Source of the DNA: a virus
Length of the DNA stretch: 64,000 nucleotides
Direction: 5' to 3' (one strand)
IMG/VR virus record: IMGVR_UViG_3300048999_000166
Location: 58,430 to 122,429 of that record
Shown here: positions 23,638 to 33,020 of the stretch, piece after piece
Layout of the letters: every line of letters starts with the position of its first letter
Numbering within the stretch: the stretch's first letter is position 1
Translations under genes and position numbers: made by a program
Notes under the pieces: generated by a model
Database searches by the model: none
The model's input: the letters and a program-made list of their open reading frames with translations, nothing else
What the model was told of the DNA's origin: nothing

Positions 23638-23885
23638 CAGGCCGGCGGGTCTTCCGTTACCGGCGCTCCCAGGTACACCGTGACCGCAGCGGCGCCTTGA
23701 GGGCGGTCGAGGTCGCGCTCCGCCATCCAGGCCACCTCCAGCACGCGACGAGGGTGTTCGATGTCGAGGTCGTTGATGTACACCAGCTCACCCTTGCGCG
23801 GGATGAGGCTCATCCGACGTGGCGCCGAACAGCGCTGGTCCTGCTGGTCGCGGTAGCGGAAGATCACGAACGCGTTCTCGCTCAT
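23637..23885 (-). CDS. Hypothetical protein
   Basis: Coupled ORF. Confidence 0.55.
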   Translation of the reverse strand: MSENAFVIFRYRDQQDQRCSAPRRMSLIPRKGELVYINDLDIEHPRRVLEVAWMAERDLDRPQGAAAVTVYLGAPVTEDPPA

Positions 23886-24085
23886 CGTGGGTCTCTCATG
23901 CTGCGGAGCCGAATAACGGATCGGACGATGAGCGCGATGGCGGGCAGGAGAGCGAGCGCGGCGTAGGTGTAGCCCAGCGGGCTCTTCGCGTGAGCGATGA
24001 GCCCCGCCCCCAGCACCCAAAGCGGGATCGTGATCACCAGGTTGAATATCAAGTCCGCGTGTTCTCCGCTCGCTTCGTTGTCCAT
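23882..24085 (-). CDS. Two-TM membrane protein (start uncertain)
   Basis: Hydrophobic; ATGA overlap downstream. Confidence 0.5.
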   Translation of the reverse strand: MDNEASGEHADLIFNLVITIPLWVLGAGLIAHAKSPLGYTYAALALLPAIALIVRSVIRLRSMRDPR

Positions 24086-24126
24086 GCTGCGCACCAACCG
24101 AAGCTCCGGCACCTGGCGGGGAACGT

Positions 24127-24255
24127 TCACTTCGTGCCGATGATCATTGTGCAGTCGTCGCACACGATGTGCCACGCCACGACGTTGCCCTTCCCGTCCA
24201 TGATCGGTACTTCGTGCGTGGATCCGTGCGTGCAGTTGCGTGGCGCGATCGCCAT
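24127..24255 (-). CDS. Small hypothetical protein
   Basis: 42 aa, RBS AAGGGG, C..H and CxxC; not in the ORF track. Confidence 0.45.
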   Translation of the reverse strand: MAIAPRNCTHGSTHEVPIMDGKGNVVAWHIVCDDCTMIIGTK

Positions 24256-24289
24256 CTAGTTCACCCCTTCATGCAAAATTGGACGATGT

Positions 24290-25333
24290 TCAGTTCAGCA
24301 GGAGGTTGTCGTTCGTTTGCGCCCGCTTCCGAGTGACGCTGGTCGCCAGCGCCGCACCGATGAACACGATGCCCAGCGAGCCGGTCAACCACTCCGGCAG
24401 ATCCACCCCGTAGAGCTTCAGCATCATCACCATGCCCAGGAACAAGATCGCCCAGTGCGCGCCGTGCTCCAGGAACTCGTACTTGGCCAGCGTGCCGGTG
24501 CGGACCAGGTGCACGGTCATCGACCGCACCCACATCGCACCGGCGCCCAGTCCGGCCATGATCACTAAGACGCTGGTCGTAATGGCGAACGCGCCGATCA
24601 CCCCGTCGAAGGAGAAGCTGGCGTCCAGCACCTCCAGGCGTACGAACATGACAGCCGCGGCGGCACCGACCAGGGTGGTCAGCTTCGCGTGCCCGTCCTC
24701 GTCGTCGCTGTCGAACACCGCACCGAACAGGTCGAGTCCGACGTGCAGCAGCACCCCGATGATCGCGGCGGCGAACACCGCTGTGCGCTGCGCCGGCTCG
24801 ACCGTGAAGAACGCGATCACCGCGACCAGCAACATCACGAAGATGGTGATGTTGTCGAACCGACCCAACGGCGCCAGCCGCGACTCCAGCCAGCCGATCC
24901 AGTGGAGATCTTTCTCGCTGTCGAGGAAGTAGCTCACTCCGATCATGAGCAGGAAGGTGCCGCCGAACGCGTCGATCATCGGGCCGGCCTCGGCCAGGTG
25001 CTGCGCGTATACGGCCGGCTGGTGCACGGCGAGGCTGACAACCTCGGTGAAGCCCAGCCCGGCCGCCACCTGCACGATGAAGATCGGTAGGGCGAAGCGG
25101 ACCACGAACACGGCGAACACGATGCCGACGGTCATGAAAGCCCGCTGCCAGCCCGGGGACAGGCGCTGGATCAGCTTCGAGTTGACGACAGCGTTGTCGA
25201 AGCTGAACGTCACCTCCAGCGCGGTCAGGATCATGACGGTGAGCAGGCTGAGCCAGCCGCCGAACGACGCCACGGCTGCCCAGGCCAGCAGGGTGATGAC
25301 TGCGGAGGGCCCGTAGATGGCCCACAGATTCAC
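24290..25333 (-). CDS. terC: TerC-family (DUF475-like) integral membrane protein
   Basis: LEVTFSFDNAVVN, LEVLDASFSFDGVIGAFAIT, GLGAGAMWVRSMT, LEHGAHWAI. Confidence 0.9.
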   Translation of the reverse strand: MNLWAIYGPSAVITLLAWAAVASFGGWLSLLTVMILTALEVTFSFDNAVVNSKLIQRLSPGWQRAFMTVGIVFAVFVVRFALPIFIVQVAAGLGFTEVVSLAVHQPAVYAQHLAEAGPMIDAFGGTFLLMIGVSYFLDSEKDLHWIGWLESRLAPLGRFDNITIFVMLLVAVIAFFTVEPAQRTAVFAAAIIGVLLHVGLDLFGAVFDSDDEDGHAKLTTLVGAAAAVMFVRLEVLDASFSFDGVIGAFAITTSVLVIMAGLGAGAMWVRSMTVHLVRTGTLAKYEFLEHGAHWAILFLGMVMMLKLYGVDLPEWLTGSLGIVFIGAALATSVTRKRAQTNDNLLLN

Positions 25334-25359
25334 CCGGGCCGAAGCCTCGGTCTCTGCGA

Positions 25360-26139
25360 TCACGACAGCACTCCGGCCTTCGTCGCGGCGGCGACCCAGG
25401 AGTCCCACTCGTCGGCCATGGCGTCGGCGAACTCCATGTCGGACACGGACGCGGGGTCGGCGAACGACTTCGCGTCTACGTTGTCGACGAGTCGGAGATC
25501 GGGGTTCATGTCGTCGAGGTCGTTCAGGTAGGGGACGTCACGGATGGCCAGGAACTTCACGAACACCGGATAGCCGGCCAGCTCCACCACGATCCTGGTC
25601 GCGGCGGACTGAGAGTCTGGGTTCCCGTCGGTGATGACCACACAGAAGATCGGCTCGTCGGTGGTCTTCGCCAGGTCCCGGACCGCGACCAGGGCCTTCG
25701 CCAGGTCGGTGCTGCCCATCTGGCGTGGCTGCCAGATCTGGTTGTCGACGACGCCACGGTAGTTCTCGACGGTCACATCGACGGTGGGGTGCAGGACCGA
25801 GTCGAACGGGATCACCGGGACGGTGCCATCGACGTCGATCTGCAGCGCGAAGCCGAGCACACGCTCGACCAACGTCTGCACCTTGCCGTTGGAGTAGTCA
25901 GCGTGCATCGAGCCGGAGTGATCGAGCACCAGCACGGCCTGCGCGCGGATGCCGGCCAGGCCCCGCTTGCTCAAGGCGATACCGGCCTTGTCGGCGCGCT
26001 TGGCCAGATCGATGTGGCCGGCGTCGCGGACCTTCGAGAGGTTGATCGCGGAACTGCCGGTGGCGTCCTTGGTGAGGTTGATGGTCCGTGCCGGACCGGA
26101 GGTGGGAGTGGGTTCGGACTTGCGGCTGAACAAGCTCAT
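25360..26139 (-). CDS. vWA domain protein, Ter-associated (vWA-TerF-like)
   Basis: LVLDHSGSM, VQTLVERVL, VVITDG, FVKF, LDDM..R.VDN..F. Confidence 0.85.
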   Translation of the reverse strand: MSLFSRKSEPTPTSGPARTINLTKDATGSSAINLSKVRDAGHIDLAKRADKAGIALSKRGLAGIRAQAVLVLDHSGSMHADYSNGKVQTLVERVLGFALQIDVDGTVPVIPFDSVLHPTVDVTVENYRGVVDNQIWQPRQMGSTDLAKALVAVRDLAKTTDEPIFCVVITDGNPDSQSAATRIVVELAGYPVFVKFLAIRDVPYLNDLDDMNPDLRLVDNVDAKSFADPASVSDMEFADAMADEWDSWVAAATKAGVLS

Positions 26140-26174
26140 GGTCTTGCCTCTCTGACTGGGGTGGGGGCTGAGAA

Positions 26175-26756
26175 TCAGCCGATGTGGTACGCGGTCACGA
26201 GCCCCTGCAGCTCGTCCTTGAAGCCGTCTCCGATGGCCCGGAAGTTCCAGGACTGGTCGCGGCGGTAGAGCTTCCCGAACACCAGCGAGTTGACTCCGGC
26301 GTTGGTGTCCTCGGTGAGGTCGTACCGAGCGAGTTCGGTGTTGCTGGACTCATCGATGACCCGGACGAACGCGTTCTCGACCAGCCCGAAGTTCTGGTCT
26401 CCGCGTGCCTTCGCCTCATGGATGGTCACCGCGACCACCAGCTCGGTGACCTCCGCCGGCACCCGGGCGAGATCGACCACGATCTGCTCGTCGTCGCCGT
26501 CGCCACCGCCGGTGAGGTTGTCGCCCTGGTGCACAACCACGTTGTCCGGGGCCGCCATGTGGTTGTAGAAGACGAACCACTCGGGGCTCACGCACGCGCC
26601 CGAGGCGTTGAGGCCGATGACGGAGGCGTCGAGGTCGTAGGCGGCACCGTCGGTGCGTCGAACGTCCCAGCCGAGACCGACGCGGACCTTGGCGAGGGTG
26701 CCGCCCGCCTCCTTGGTGAGGTCGACCTTGCCGCCCTTGCTCAAGTTGATAGCCAT
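26175..26756 (-). CDS. terD: TerD-family protein (frame stays open upstream to 27191)
   Basis: INLSKGGKVDL, VGLGWD, YDLDAS, FVFYN, H.GDNLTG.GDGDDEQI, NFGLV.NAFVRV. Confidence 0.95.
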   Translation of the reverse strand: MAINLSKGGKVDLTKEAGGTLAKVRVGLGWDVRRTDGAAYDLDASVIGLNASGACVSPEWFVFYNHMAAPDNVVVHQGDNLTGGGDGDDEQIVVDLARVPAEVTELVVAVTIHEAKARGDQNFGLVENAFVRVIDESSNTELARYDLTEDTNAGVNSLVFGKLYRRDQSWNFRAIGDGFKDELQGLVTAYHIG

Positions 26757-27194
26757 GGGAAATCCCTTCGTTGGTTTGCCGCTGATGACCACGCCCGATG
26801 GAGCGGTGGCCAGGGTCATGCCGATCTCACTCAGCCACGGATGCAGCGGGGTGTCGGTGAGCTTGGAGAGTTCGTGAGTATCGCGGTAGGGATCGGCGTC
26901 CGATGCTCGACAGATTCCGGTCGCTACCACAGAGGTGCCGTTCCATTGCCCGATCTGCATCCAGTCGGCGGGGTCGGCGGCCATGATGACCGCGCCCCAG
27001 TGGTTGGTCAGGGAGGTGGGGATGTAGGCGTCGCGGCCCGCCATCAGATCGGCGGAACGACCGCCGGCCCTGCTGACGAACTGGTGGAGCAGGTACCAGC
27101 CTCGGTTGGTGACCAGGAGTGATCGAGCCGCGAAGTCGCGGGCGGTGAGGCCGAGGTCAGTCCGGTTGGCGGGCGTCCAGTGAGTAACCATGGG

Positions 27195-27338
27195 TCATGC
27201 CGCGCTGCTCTTCAGCGCCGCCTCGGCCTCGGCGACCAGCTCCTTCGCCTGCCGGCGAAAGGCGAGCTGCCCGATGATCTCCCAGACGCCCCAGCAGGCC
27301 GCGAGTGCCCAGATGATCAAAGCGAGCCAGCCCCACAT
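27195..27338 (-). CDS. Small single-pass membrane protein
   Basis: 47 aa MWGWLALIIWALAACWG...; not in the ORF track. Confidence 0.5.
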   Translation of the reverse strand: MWGWLALIIWALAACWGVWEIIGQLAFRRQAKELVAEAEAALKSSAA

Positions 27339-27339
27339 C

Positions 27340-27864
27340 TCAGGACTCTCTCGTCGGAGGGTCCATCATGTCGGAGAGCGATGCGACCAGCCGGTCACCG
27401 AACTCCCGCTGCTCGGGCGTGAGCGGACCCTTCCCGACCGCCTCGATGCCGCGCTGCCAGCGCTCGTCGGTGTCGACGGCCACGGGCAGCATCAGCTTGG
27501 TCTTCAGGGCGGCGCGGATCTCCTCGGGCAGCCACGGGGGCAGCTTGAACCAGATCCGGGCGTACGTGCAGTCGAAGCCATCGTCTTCGTCGCGGATGTA
27601 GAGCGGGTGGTTGACCACCGACTGCATCGCGCACGCCGGACAGTGCGCCTGCGGAGCTACTTCGAGGTGCTCGCAGGTGCGGTTGCCGCCACCGTTACGG
27701 GTGTAGGTGCAGACCACCGGCTCACCGTCGCGGTCCGGCTCCAGCCAGGCGTCACGCAGACGACCGACGTCCACCGGAGCGTGGGCGTGGACGAACCCCA
27801 GCAGCAGCGAGACGCGCTCGGGGCGCTTCGGGTCCGGGAACACCAGCCCGTACATGCCGCTCAT
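27340..27864 (-). CDS. Conserved phage hypothetical protein
   Basis: RLRDAWL, YTRNGGGNR, HPLY.RDEDD.FD.TYA pattern. Confidence 0.7.
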   Translation of the reverse strand: MSGMYGLVFPDPKRPERVSLLLGFVHAHAPVDVGRLRDAWLEPDRDGEPVVCTYTRNGGGNRTCEHLEVAPQAHCPACAMQSVVNHPLYIRDEDDGFDCTYARIWFKLPPWLPEEIRAALKTKLMLPVAVDTDERWQRGIEAVGKGPLTPEQREFGDRLVASLSDMMDPPTRES

Positions 27865-28391
27865 CAGACCTCTCCCTTCTTGATGGCCTCGGCGACCGCA
27901 TCGAGCGTCGACCGATCGACGGCCTCGCAGAGTGCGTTGATCCAGGGCACCATGTTCTCGGTGCCGTCCCAGTCCCTCCAGCGGATCGCTAGCTTGACGG
28001 CCGCCTCGATGATCGGCTTATCGCGCTCCAGCTTCTGCAGCGCGGCGTGCAAGCTCTCATCGAGCGCCGTGGCCTGTTGCTCCCACTCGGCGTTGGTGTG
28101 CACTTCCTCGTCCGTCGCGGCCGCCTGCTCCTCGTGGCACGGGCACTCGCAGATCTCGCCAGCCGGGTCCGAGCACTCGTCGTGGTAGCCGATCGAGCAC
28201 TGGCGGTTGCGACAGTGGTCATACGGGCGCCGCTCGGTCCGATCGGCGCCGGTGAGCCGGTCGGTGTACTGCGCGTCGGTCTCGCCCGGCAACCCCGGCG
28301 GCATCTCCGGGTAGTAGCGGGCGCGCACCACCATCATCGGTTGCTCGGCGCGGATGTGGATGCCCACGCCGGGCACGGGCTGCTCAGTCAT
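27864..28391 (-). CDS. Hypothetical protein (Cys/His cluster + coiled coil)
   Basis: Coupled ORF, GC3-rich. Confidence 0.6.
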   Translation of the reverse strand: MTEQPVPGVGIHIRAEQPMMVVRARYYPEMPPGLPGETDAQYTDRLTGADRTERRPYDHCRNRQCSIGYHDECSDPAGEICECPCHEEQAAATDEEVHTNAEWEQQATALDESLHAALQKLERDKPIIEAAVKLAIRWRDWDGTENMVPWINALCEAVDRSTLDAVAEAIKKGEV

Positions 28392-28585
28392 GCGATCTCC
28401 ACCCACTCCTGGATCGTGGCGAGGACGGTGTCGTAGTCGCCGGACGTTGCCTGCTTGGTGAACTCGGTGATCTCCTCGGCAGGCACGCGAGCCCGCCGAA
28501 GGGCTCTGCGAACCGTCCCGATCAGCATCATGGCGTTGCCGTCGGTGCCGACCAGCTCGACCGTGATGTCCGGGTGCTTAGGCAT
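28388..28585 (-). CDS. Conserved small phage protein
   Basis: V.LVGTDGNA...G.V.RAL, SGDYD.VL pattern. Confidence 0.75.
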   Translation of the reverse strand: MPKHPDITVELVGTDGNAMMLIGTVRRALRRARVPAEEITEFTKQATSGDYDTVLATIQEWVEIA

Positions 28586-28946
28586 CGACGCTCTCCTTCA
28601 GCGTGATCCGCAGCCTCTGGCTGGAGTGGCCCTCGATCGCGCCCTCCCACTCCTGGAGGTTGGCGAAGTCCCGGGGCGACCAGTACCCGTACGCGAACTC
28701 CTTCAGCTCACCGGCCGGGTGATCGAGCGGGTTCGTGACCGCGAACAGCCCCGCTTCCAGCCTCTCGAAGGAGCCCGGCGTGCGATGGCTGGAGCGCCCG
28801 GTCATCAGGAACGAGACGTGCTTGTCGGGGTGCCGCAGCACCGGGTAGGTGCCGGGTTCGACGAACATATCGCCGCTGTCGGTCTTGTAGACCCGCGACC
28901 GCAGCACCTCGACGGTCCCGATCTCCACGGATAGCCGCTCACTCAT
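28578..28946 (-). CDS. Hypothetical protein
   Basis: Coupled ORF. Confidence 0.6.
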   Translation of the reverse strand: MSERLSVEIGTVEVLRSRVYKTDSGDMFVEPGTYPVLRHPDKHVSFLMTGRSSHRTPGSFERLEAGLFAVTNPLDHPAGELKEFAYGYWSPRDFANLQEWEGAIEGHSSQRLRITLKESVDA

Positions 28947-29394
28947 CGCGGGGCACCTCCGACAGGTAGAGCGTGGCGGGTTCGGCGCCCAGCCACTGCT
29001 CGACGTCCAGGTAGTCGGCGTCGAACTCCGGCGGCATCTGGATCTCTCCGTCGGTGACCACCTCCGCCATCTGGTAGAGCACCGCCACCGCTTGACGCCC
29101 CTTCAGGGCGGCGGTGTGATAGAAGAACGCGTTTCGTAGGGCGGTGCTGGACAGTCCCAGCACGTCCGCGGCGACGTACTCGATGGACCGGTACTCCCCG
29201 TCCACCTCAACGAGGCCTGCGTTCGCTAGACCATCGACGTAGTCTCCGACCAGCGTCACGGCATGGCCCGCGAAGCAGGCGGTGGTTCCGCACGAGGTGG
29301 GCCTCCACCAGGTGTCCATGTTCACGAGGCTCGTATCCGCCGCCATGATCTCCAGCGTCTTGCGGAAGTTCGGGATGTTCAGTCCCTCGATCAC
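28939..29394 (-). CDS. Conserved actinophage hypothetical protein
   Basis: WW....CGTTACFAGH motif; GTGA overlap. Confidence 0.7.
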   Translation of the reverse strand: MIEGLNIPNFRKTLEIMAADTSLVNMDTWWRPTSCGTTACFAGHAVTLVGDYVDGLANAGLVEVDGEYRSIEYVAADVLGLSSTALRNAFFYHTAALKGRQAVAVLYQMAEVVTDGEIQMPPEFDADYLDVEQWLGAEPATLYLSEVPRDE

Positions 29395-29702
29395 GACTGG
29401 TCCTCCTTCTTCTCGGCCAGCTCGGTCGCGCGGCGCAGCGAGGCAGCGAGCCCGGAGAAGTCGTTGCCGGGAGCGATGACCGAGGAGTTCTCGTTCACCA
29501 CCTGGTCGAAGCCCCCAACCCTGGGCAGGTCCGGGATCGCGTCGTGCGTGCCCGGCGGGCAGTCGCACTGGGTGAGGTTGTACTCCGAGGCGAGTCGCAT
29601 GGCGGCCTCGATGAGCATCCCCATGGCCTCCTCGGGTGGCATGCCGAGACCCATGGTCACGTTGCCGTTGTCGTCCTTGGTCAGCATGATCACACCGGAC
29701 AT
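29391..29702 (-). CDS. Hypothetical protein
   Basis: Coupled ORF. Confidence 0.55.
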   Translation of the reverse strand: MSGVIMLTKDDNGNVTMGLGMPPEEAMGMLIEAAMRLASEYNLTQCDCPPGTHDAIPDLPRVGGFDQVVNENSSVIAPGNDFSGLAASLRRATELAEKKEDQS

Positions 29703-29703
29703 G

Positions 29704-30138
29704 TCAGCCCTCCTCTACCTTCTCGATCGAGCCCGCGCTGACCCACCAGGTGTGGACCTGCTGGACGCGTACTTGCTTAACGTCGGCCTCCAGCACGGTG
29801 ATGCCGGCGTCGGAGCGGTCCAGAATGATCTTGAACCGCACTTTGTCGCCGACCTCGAACTTCGGCTTGGCGCGGTGCTCCAGCAGCGCCTTGATCCACC
29901 GACCGACGACCTTCTTGATTAGTTCGTCGTGCAACGTACGCGGAGTGACGTCGATGTCGAACGATTCGGCGGCGCCGCGCAAGGTGCTGAAGTTCTCGGT
30001 GCGCCAGTGCTCCAGCATCCGTTGCACGAACGTTCCGCGCTCGACGTCAGAGCTGAGGTCGTACTCCTGCTCGAACCTCCGCAGGTCGTTCTCCAGGGCG
30101 CCAGCGGTCGGCATGAGCCGTGGGTAGGGGACGTTCAA
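29704..30138 (-). CDS. Hypothetical protein (C-terminal SH3/KOW-like PKFEVGDKVR)
   Basis: RBS AAGGAG, TTG start. Confidence 0.6.
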   Translation of the reverse strand: MNVPYPRLMPTAGALENDLRRFEQEYDLSSDVERGTFVQRMLEHWRTENFSTLRGAAESFDIDVTPRTLHDELIKKVVGRWIKALLEHRAKPKFEVGDKVRFKIILDRSDAGITVLEADVKQVRVQQVHTWWVSAGSIEKVEEG

Positions 30139-30148
30139 TGCGGTTGTG

Positions 30149-30193
30149 CTCCTTGGCTGGGGGCGTGGTGTTAAAGTTCGTATTGCACGAGTT
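30149..30193 (-). promoter_or_regulatory. Start-associated repeat elements
   Basis: CACGCCCCCAGCCAAGGAG identical to 15742-15724; AACTCGTGCAATAC identical to 35919-35906. Confidence 0.6.
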
Positions 30194-30744
30194 TAGTGTA
30201 GCGCGTTTTCGCCCACCGCGTCGACGTGTGCCTCGATCTCCGGTAGCGACATGAGCTGGGTGACGGTTGGCAGTTGATCGAGGAAGGAACGAGCCGCCTG
30301 CGTCTCCAGCGCATCGAGCGCGAGGTTGCGCAGCAGGTCCGCCTCCTGGCGCTCCAGCGTCACACGCGCGGTCTTCGCCTGTGCCCTGATGCCGGCCGCC
30401 AGCGCGCGCCGCAGCTGGTCACGGTCCTCGTACTTGCGGTAGACCTGCGGGGCGTTGTAGTTACCGACGCGGTCCCACTTCCCGCCCTCGAAGAGCTTCT
30501 CGTGCTTGGCCACGACCTTCTTGAGCTTTGCGTTGACCTCCTCAGTCACCGCCGCGATCTCCCGGCGCAGGTCGTCGGCCTTCGCGTCCTCCTCGCGGAA
30601 GCGATCCATGATCCGAACGCCCGCTTCGGCCATCATCTCCGCCTCGCGCTGCGCCACCTCCGCGCGCAGCACCTTCATGTGGTGGCGCACGATGGAGCGC
30701 AGCTCGGTGCGCTCGCGGGTGGTGATCTTTGCTGGCGCGCTCAC
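30193..30744 (-). CDS. Helical coiled-coil hypothetical protein
   Basis: 183 aa; GTGA overlap with vWA stop. Confidence 0.65.
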   Translation of the reverse strand: MSAPAKITTRERTELRSIVRHHMKVLRAEVAQREAEMMAEAGVRIMDRFREEDAKADDLRREIAAVTEEVNAKLKKVVAKHEKLFEGGKWDRVGNYNAPQVYRKYEDRDQLRRALAAGIRAQAKTARVTLERQEADLLRNLALDALETQAARSFLDQLPTVTQLMSLPEIEAHVDAVGENALH

Positions 30745-31379
30745 TTCTTGTCGCCCTTCATCGCCTCAGTACGCTGCTCCTCGGTGAAGCCCACCGACTG
30801 TCCGCCTGCGGCCTGCGCCACATAGCCGCCCATCGCCGCGAGTCCCGAACGCGTACCGACCGAAGATGCGCTGTAGCTCATCGAGCGGTCGCGGCGGATG
30901 CCGAGGCGCCCTCCGACCTCGATCGCGTCCTGGTTGGCGCCGAGGTAGATGATCTGCCAGCCGTAGTTCTCTTCCTGGTGCAGCACCATCTTCTTGATCG
31001 CGTCCCAGCTGTACTCCTGCGACCAGTTCTCCATGCCGTCGGTCATGATCGCCACGATCACGGTGCCGGGGCGCTGCTCCTCGGGCAGCGCCGCCAGCTC
31101 CTCCCCGAACTCGGTGATGGAGCGCCCCATCGCATCGAGCAGCGCGGTGTTGCCGCCGGGACTCAGCGCGAACCTCGGGGCGTTCTTGGCGTCGAGCGAC
31201 TCGTGCACCAGCACGTAGTCGTGGTTGAACTGCGCGACCCGGATGGTGCGTCGATCGTCGGCCTTCGCTTGGTCGGCGATGAAGGCGTTGACGCCACCCT
31301 CGGCGTCGGCCTTGATCGACTGCATCGATCCGCTGCGGTCGACGAGCAGCATGATGGCGGTGTAGCTGGCGTCGGTCAT
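30741..31379 (-). CDS. vWA domain protein
   Basis: LLVDRSGSM, GGNTALLDAMG, IMTDG.EN.S.EY, YLGANQDA. Confidence 0.9.
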   Translation of the reverse strand: MTDASYTAIMLLVDRSGSMQSIKADAEGGVNAFIADQAKADDRRTIRVAQFNHDYVLVHESLDAKNAPRFALSPGGNTALLDAMGRSITEFGEELAALPEEQRPGTVIVAIMTDGMENWSQEYSWDAIKKMVLHQEENYGWQIIYLGANQDAIEVGGRLGIRRDRSMSYSASSVGTRSGLAAMGGYVAQAAGGQSVGFTEEQRTEAMKGDKK

Positions 31380-31394
31380 GGCTGGGCTTCTCCT

Positions 31395-31889
31395 TCAGTT
31401 GGCGGGTACTTCGATCGGAACCAGATCGCCACGGCGGCGGCTGGAGCGGGTCATGTGCCGGTGTGCCAGCACGATCGAGCCGGCGGTCGCCACGTTGAGC
31501 GAGAACGCCCGCGGCGTCGGGATCTGTATGACATCGTGGCAGCGCGTCAAGATGGAGGCCGGGATCCCCTCGGTCTCCGAGCCGAGCAGGTAGAGCGCGC
31601 GCTCTCGGTGGACGTAGTGGTCCAGCGGGACGGCGTCGTCGGTCATTTCCACCGCCACCAGCGCGCACCCCCACGGCAGCCGCATCACCATGTCCTCCAT
31701 GTCGGCGTAATGCAGCAGCGGGACGTGGCGCGCGGTGTCGGGGGTGTCGCTGGACTGCTTCTGGTAGCGGGTACCCCCGACGGTCGCCACGAACGCGGCC
31801 TCGTAGCAGGCCGCGGTGCGCCACAGCCCTCCCACGTTCTCTTCGCGACGCGGCCGGTAGATCGCCGTTCCGAAGTAGCCCCTGCTCAT
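31395..31889 (-). CDS. SpoU/TrmH-family RNA 2'-O-methyltransferase
   Basis: NVGGLWRTA, LLGSETEGI, IQIP...SLNVA.AGSI SPOUT knot motifs. Confidence 0.88.
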   Translation of the reverse strand: MSRGYFGTAIYRPRREENVGGLWRTAACYEAAFVATVGGTRYQKQSSDTPDTARHVPLLHYADMEDMVMRLPWGCALVAVEMTDDAVPLDHYVHRERALYLLGSETEGIPASILTRCHDVIQIPTPRAFSLNVATAGSIVLAHRHMTRSSRRRGDLVPIEVPAN

Positions 31890-32097
31890 CCCGTTACCTC
31901 TGCTCGTCGGAGCCGTTGTGCTGAGGGAGCAACCACAACGGCCTCCCCGCGTCCTTATGTAGAACCCATCCCCGCCCGATGCTCGCGGGCGCGGATGGAA
32001 AATGGCCCTCGGCCAGCGCTTTGTAGCCTCTTCCCACGTGTCGTGGGTTGGTGGCTCGGTGCTGGCCGAGGGCCCCTTTCTTCGTTTCTGGCCCGAC

Positions 32098-32229
32098 TCA
32101 GTCGTCGGATTTGGCCGCCTCGCGGTAGAGCCGGGTGTACATCCGGCGCCGCGAGTCGTAGGTCGCCCAGGCATCGAGCACGACGAGGACGACGATCAGT
32201 GCGATCTTGTGGTTCTTGGACAGGGCCAT
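32098..32229 (-). CDS. Small single-pass membrane protein
   Basis: 43 aa, TM; not in the ORF track. Confidence 0.45.
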   Translation of the reverse strand: MALSKNHKIALIVVLVVLDAWATYDSRRRMYTRLYREAAKSDD

Positions 32230-32232
32230 GAG

Positions 32233-32427
32233 TCAGCTCTTCCTGTTGTTGCTGGCGGCTTCCTGCTTATCGACCTCACCCTGGCGGATGCGCGCGACCT
32301 TGTCCTGGTGGGACTGGGGAGCCTTGCCCTGGTCGTCTTTCTCCTGGGCCTCGTGCGAGTCGCGGGTGCGGTAGTCCTGTTGCTTGTCGCCGGTGTGCGG
32401 GTCGTACTTGCCGAAGTGGAAGGCCAT
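32233..32427 (-). CDS. Small hydrophilic hypothetical protein
   Basis: RBS AGGAG plus CCCAGCC before ATG. Confidence 0.55.
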   Translation of the reverse strand: MAFHFGKYDPHTGDKQQDYRTRDSHEAQEKDDQGKAPQSHQDKVARIRQGEVDKQEAASNNRKS

Positions 32428-32639
32428 GGCTGGGTTCTCCTAGATGCTGAGCGTCATGTCGTAGAGGTCGAGGGTAGCGAGCGGAAGCTGGTAGGTCGGT
32501 GGAATTCCGAGCGGTGCGAGCGGAATCAAGATTCCCCGGTGGAGGGAGGATGCCGGCGCGTAGCTCGGGGGGCTCGCGTCCGCGCCGGCACCCAGTACGA
32601 GCACTCCCCCGATGAGTAGTGCTCGTACGACTTTGAGGG

Positions 32640-33020
32640 TCACGCTGGAGGGATCACCGCGACGATCGCCCTCCAGCACGCCATGCAGAACATGTTGAGT
32701 GGCTCGTTGTGGCCGGCGACTTCGTTGTGGGGCTCGTCGGCGATCCAGTGGACCACCGTGACGCTCTCGACCTCCAGCGAGTCCACCTCGGCTCCGCACC
32801 GACCGCACCGCGTCTGGCAGCCGCAGCCCTCCTCACAGCCCTCGGCCTCAACGGTGACTGCCACGTCGGACATCTCGATGTCCTGATCGGAGGCGATCAC
32901 TCCACGTGCCATGGTCTCTACTTCGTCCCACGAAGTCGCTTGTGTGAGTAGGTTCAGTTCGGGGATGCGGATCATCCACCAGCCATCTTCGCGGGTTACT
33001 TCGGCGCGGTAGGTGTTCAC
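32640..33020 (-). CDS. HicB-like N-terminal domain protein with Cys-rich C-terminus
   Basis: TYRAEVTREDGWWMIRIPEL..TQA...EVE.MAR..IA resembles the HicB antitoxin N-domain. Confidence 0.6.
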   Translation of the reverse strand: MNTYRAEVTREDGWWMIRIPELNLLTQATSWDEVETMARGVIASDQDIEMSDVAVTVEAEGCEEGCGCQTRCGRCGAEVDSLEVESVTVVHWIADEPHNEVAGHNEPLNMFCMACWRAIVAVIPPA

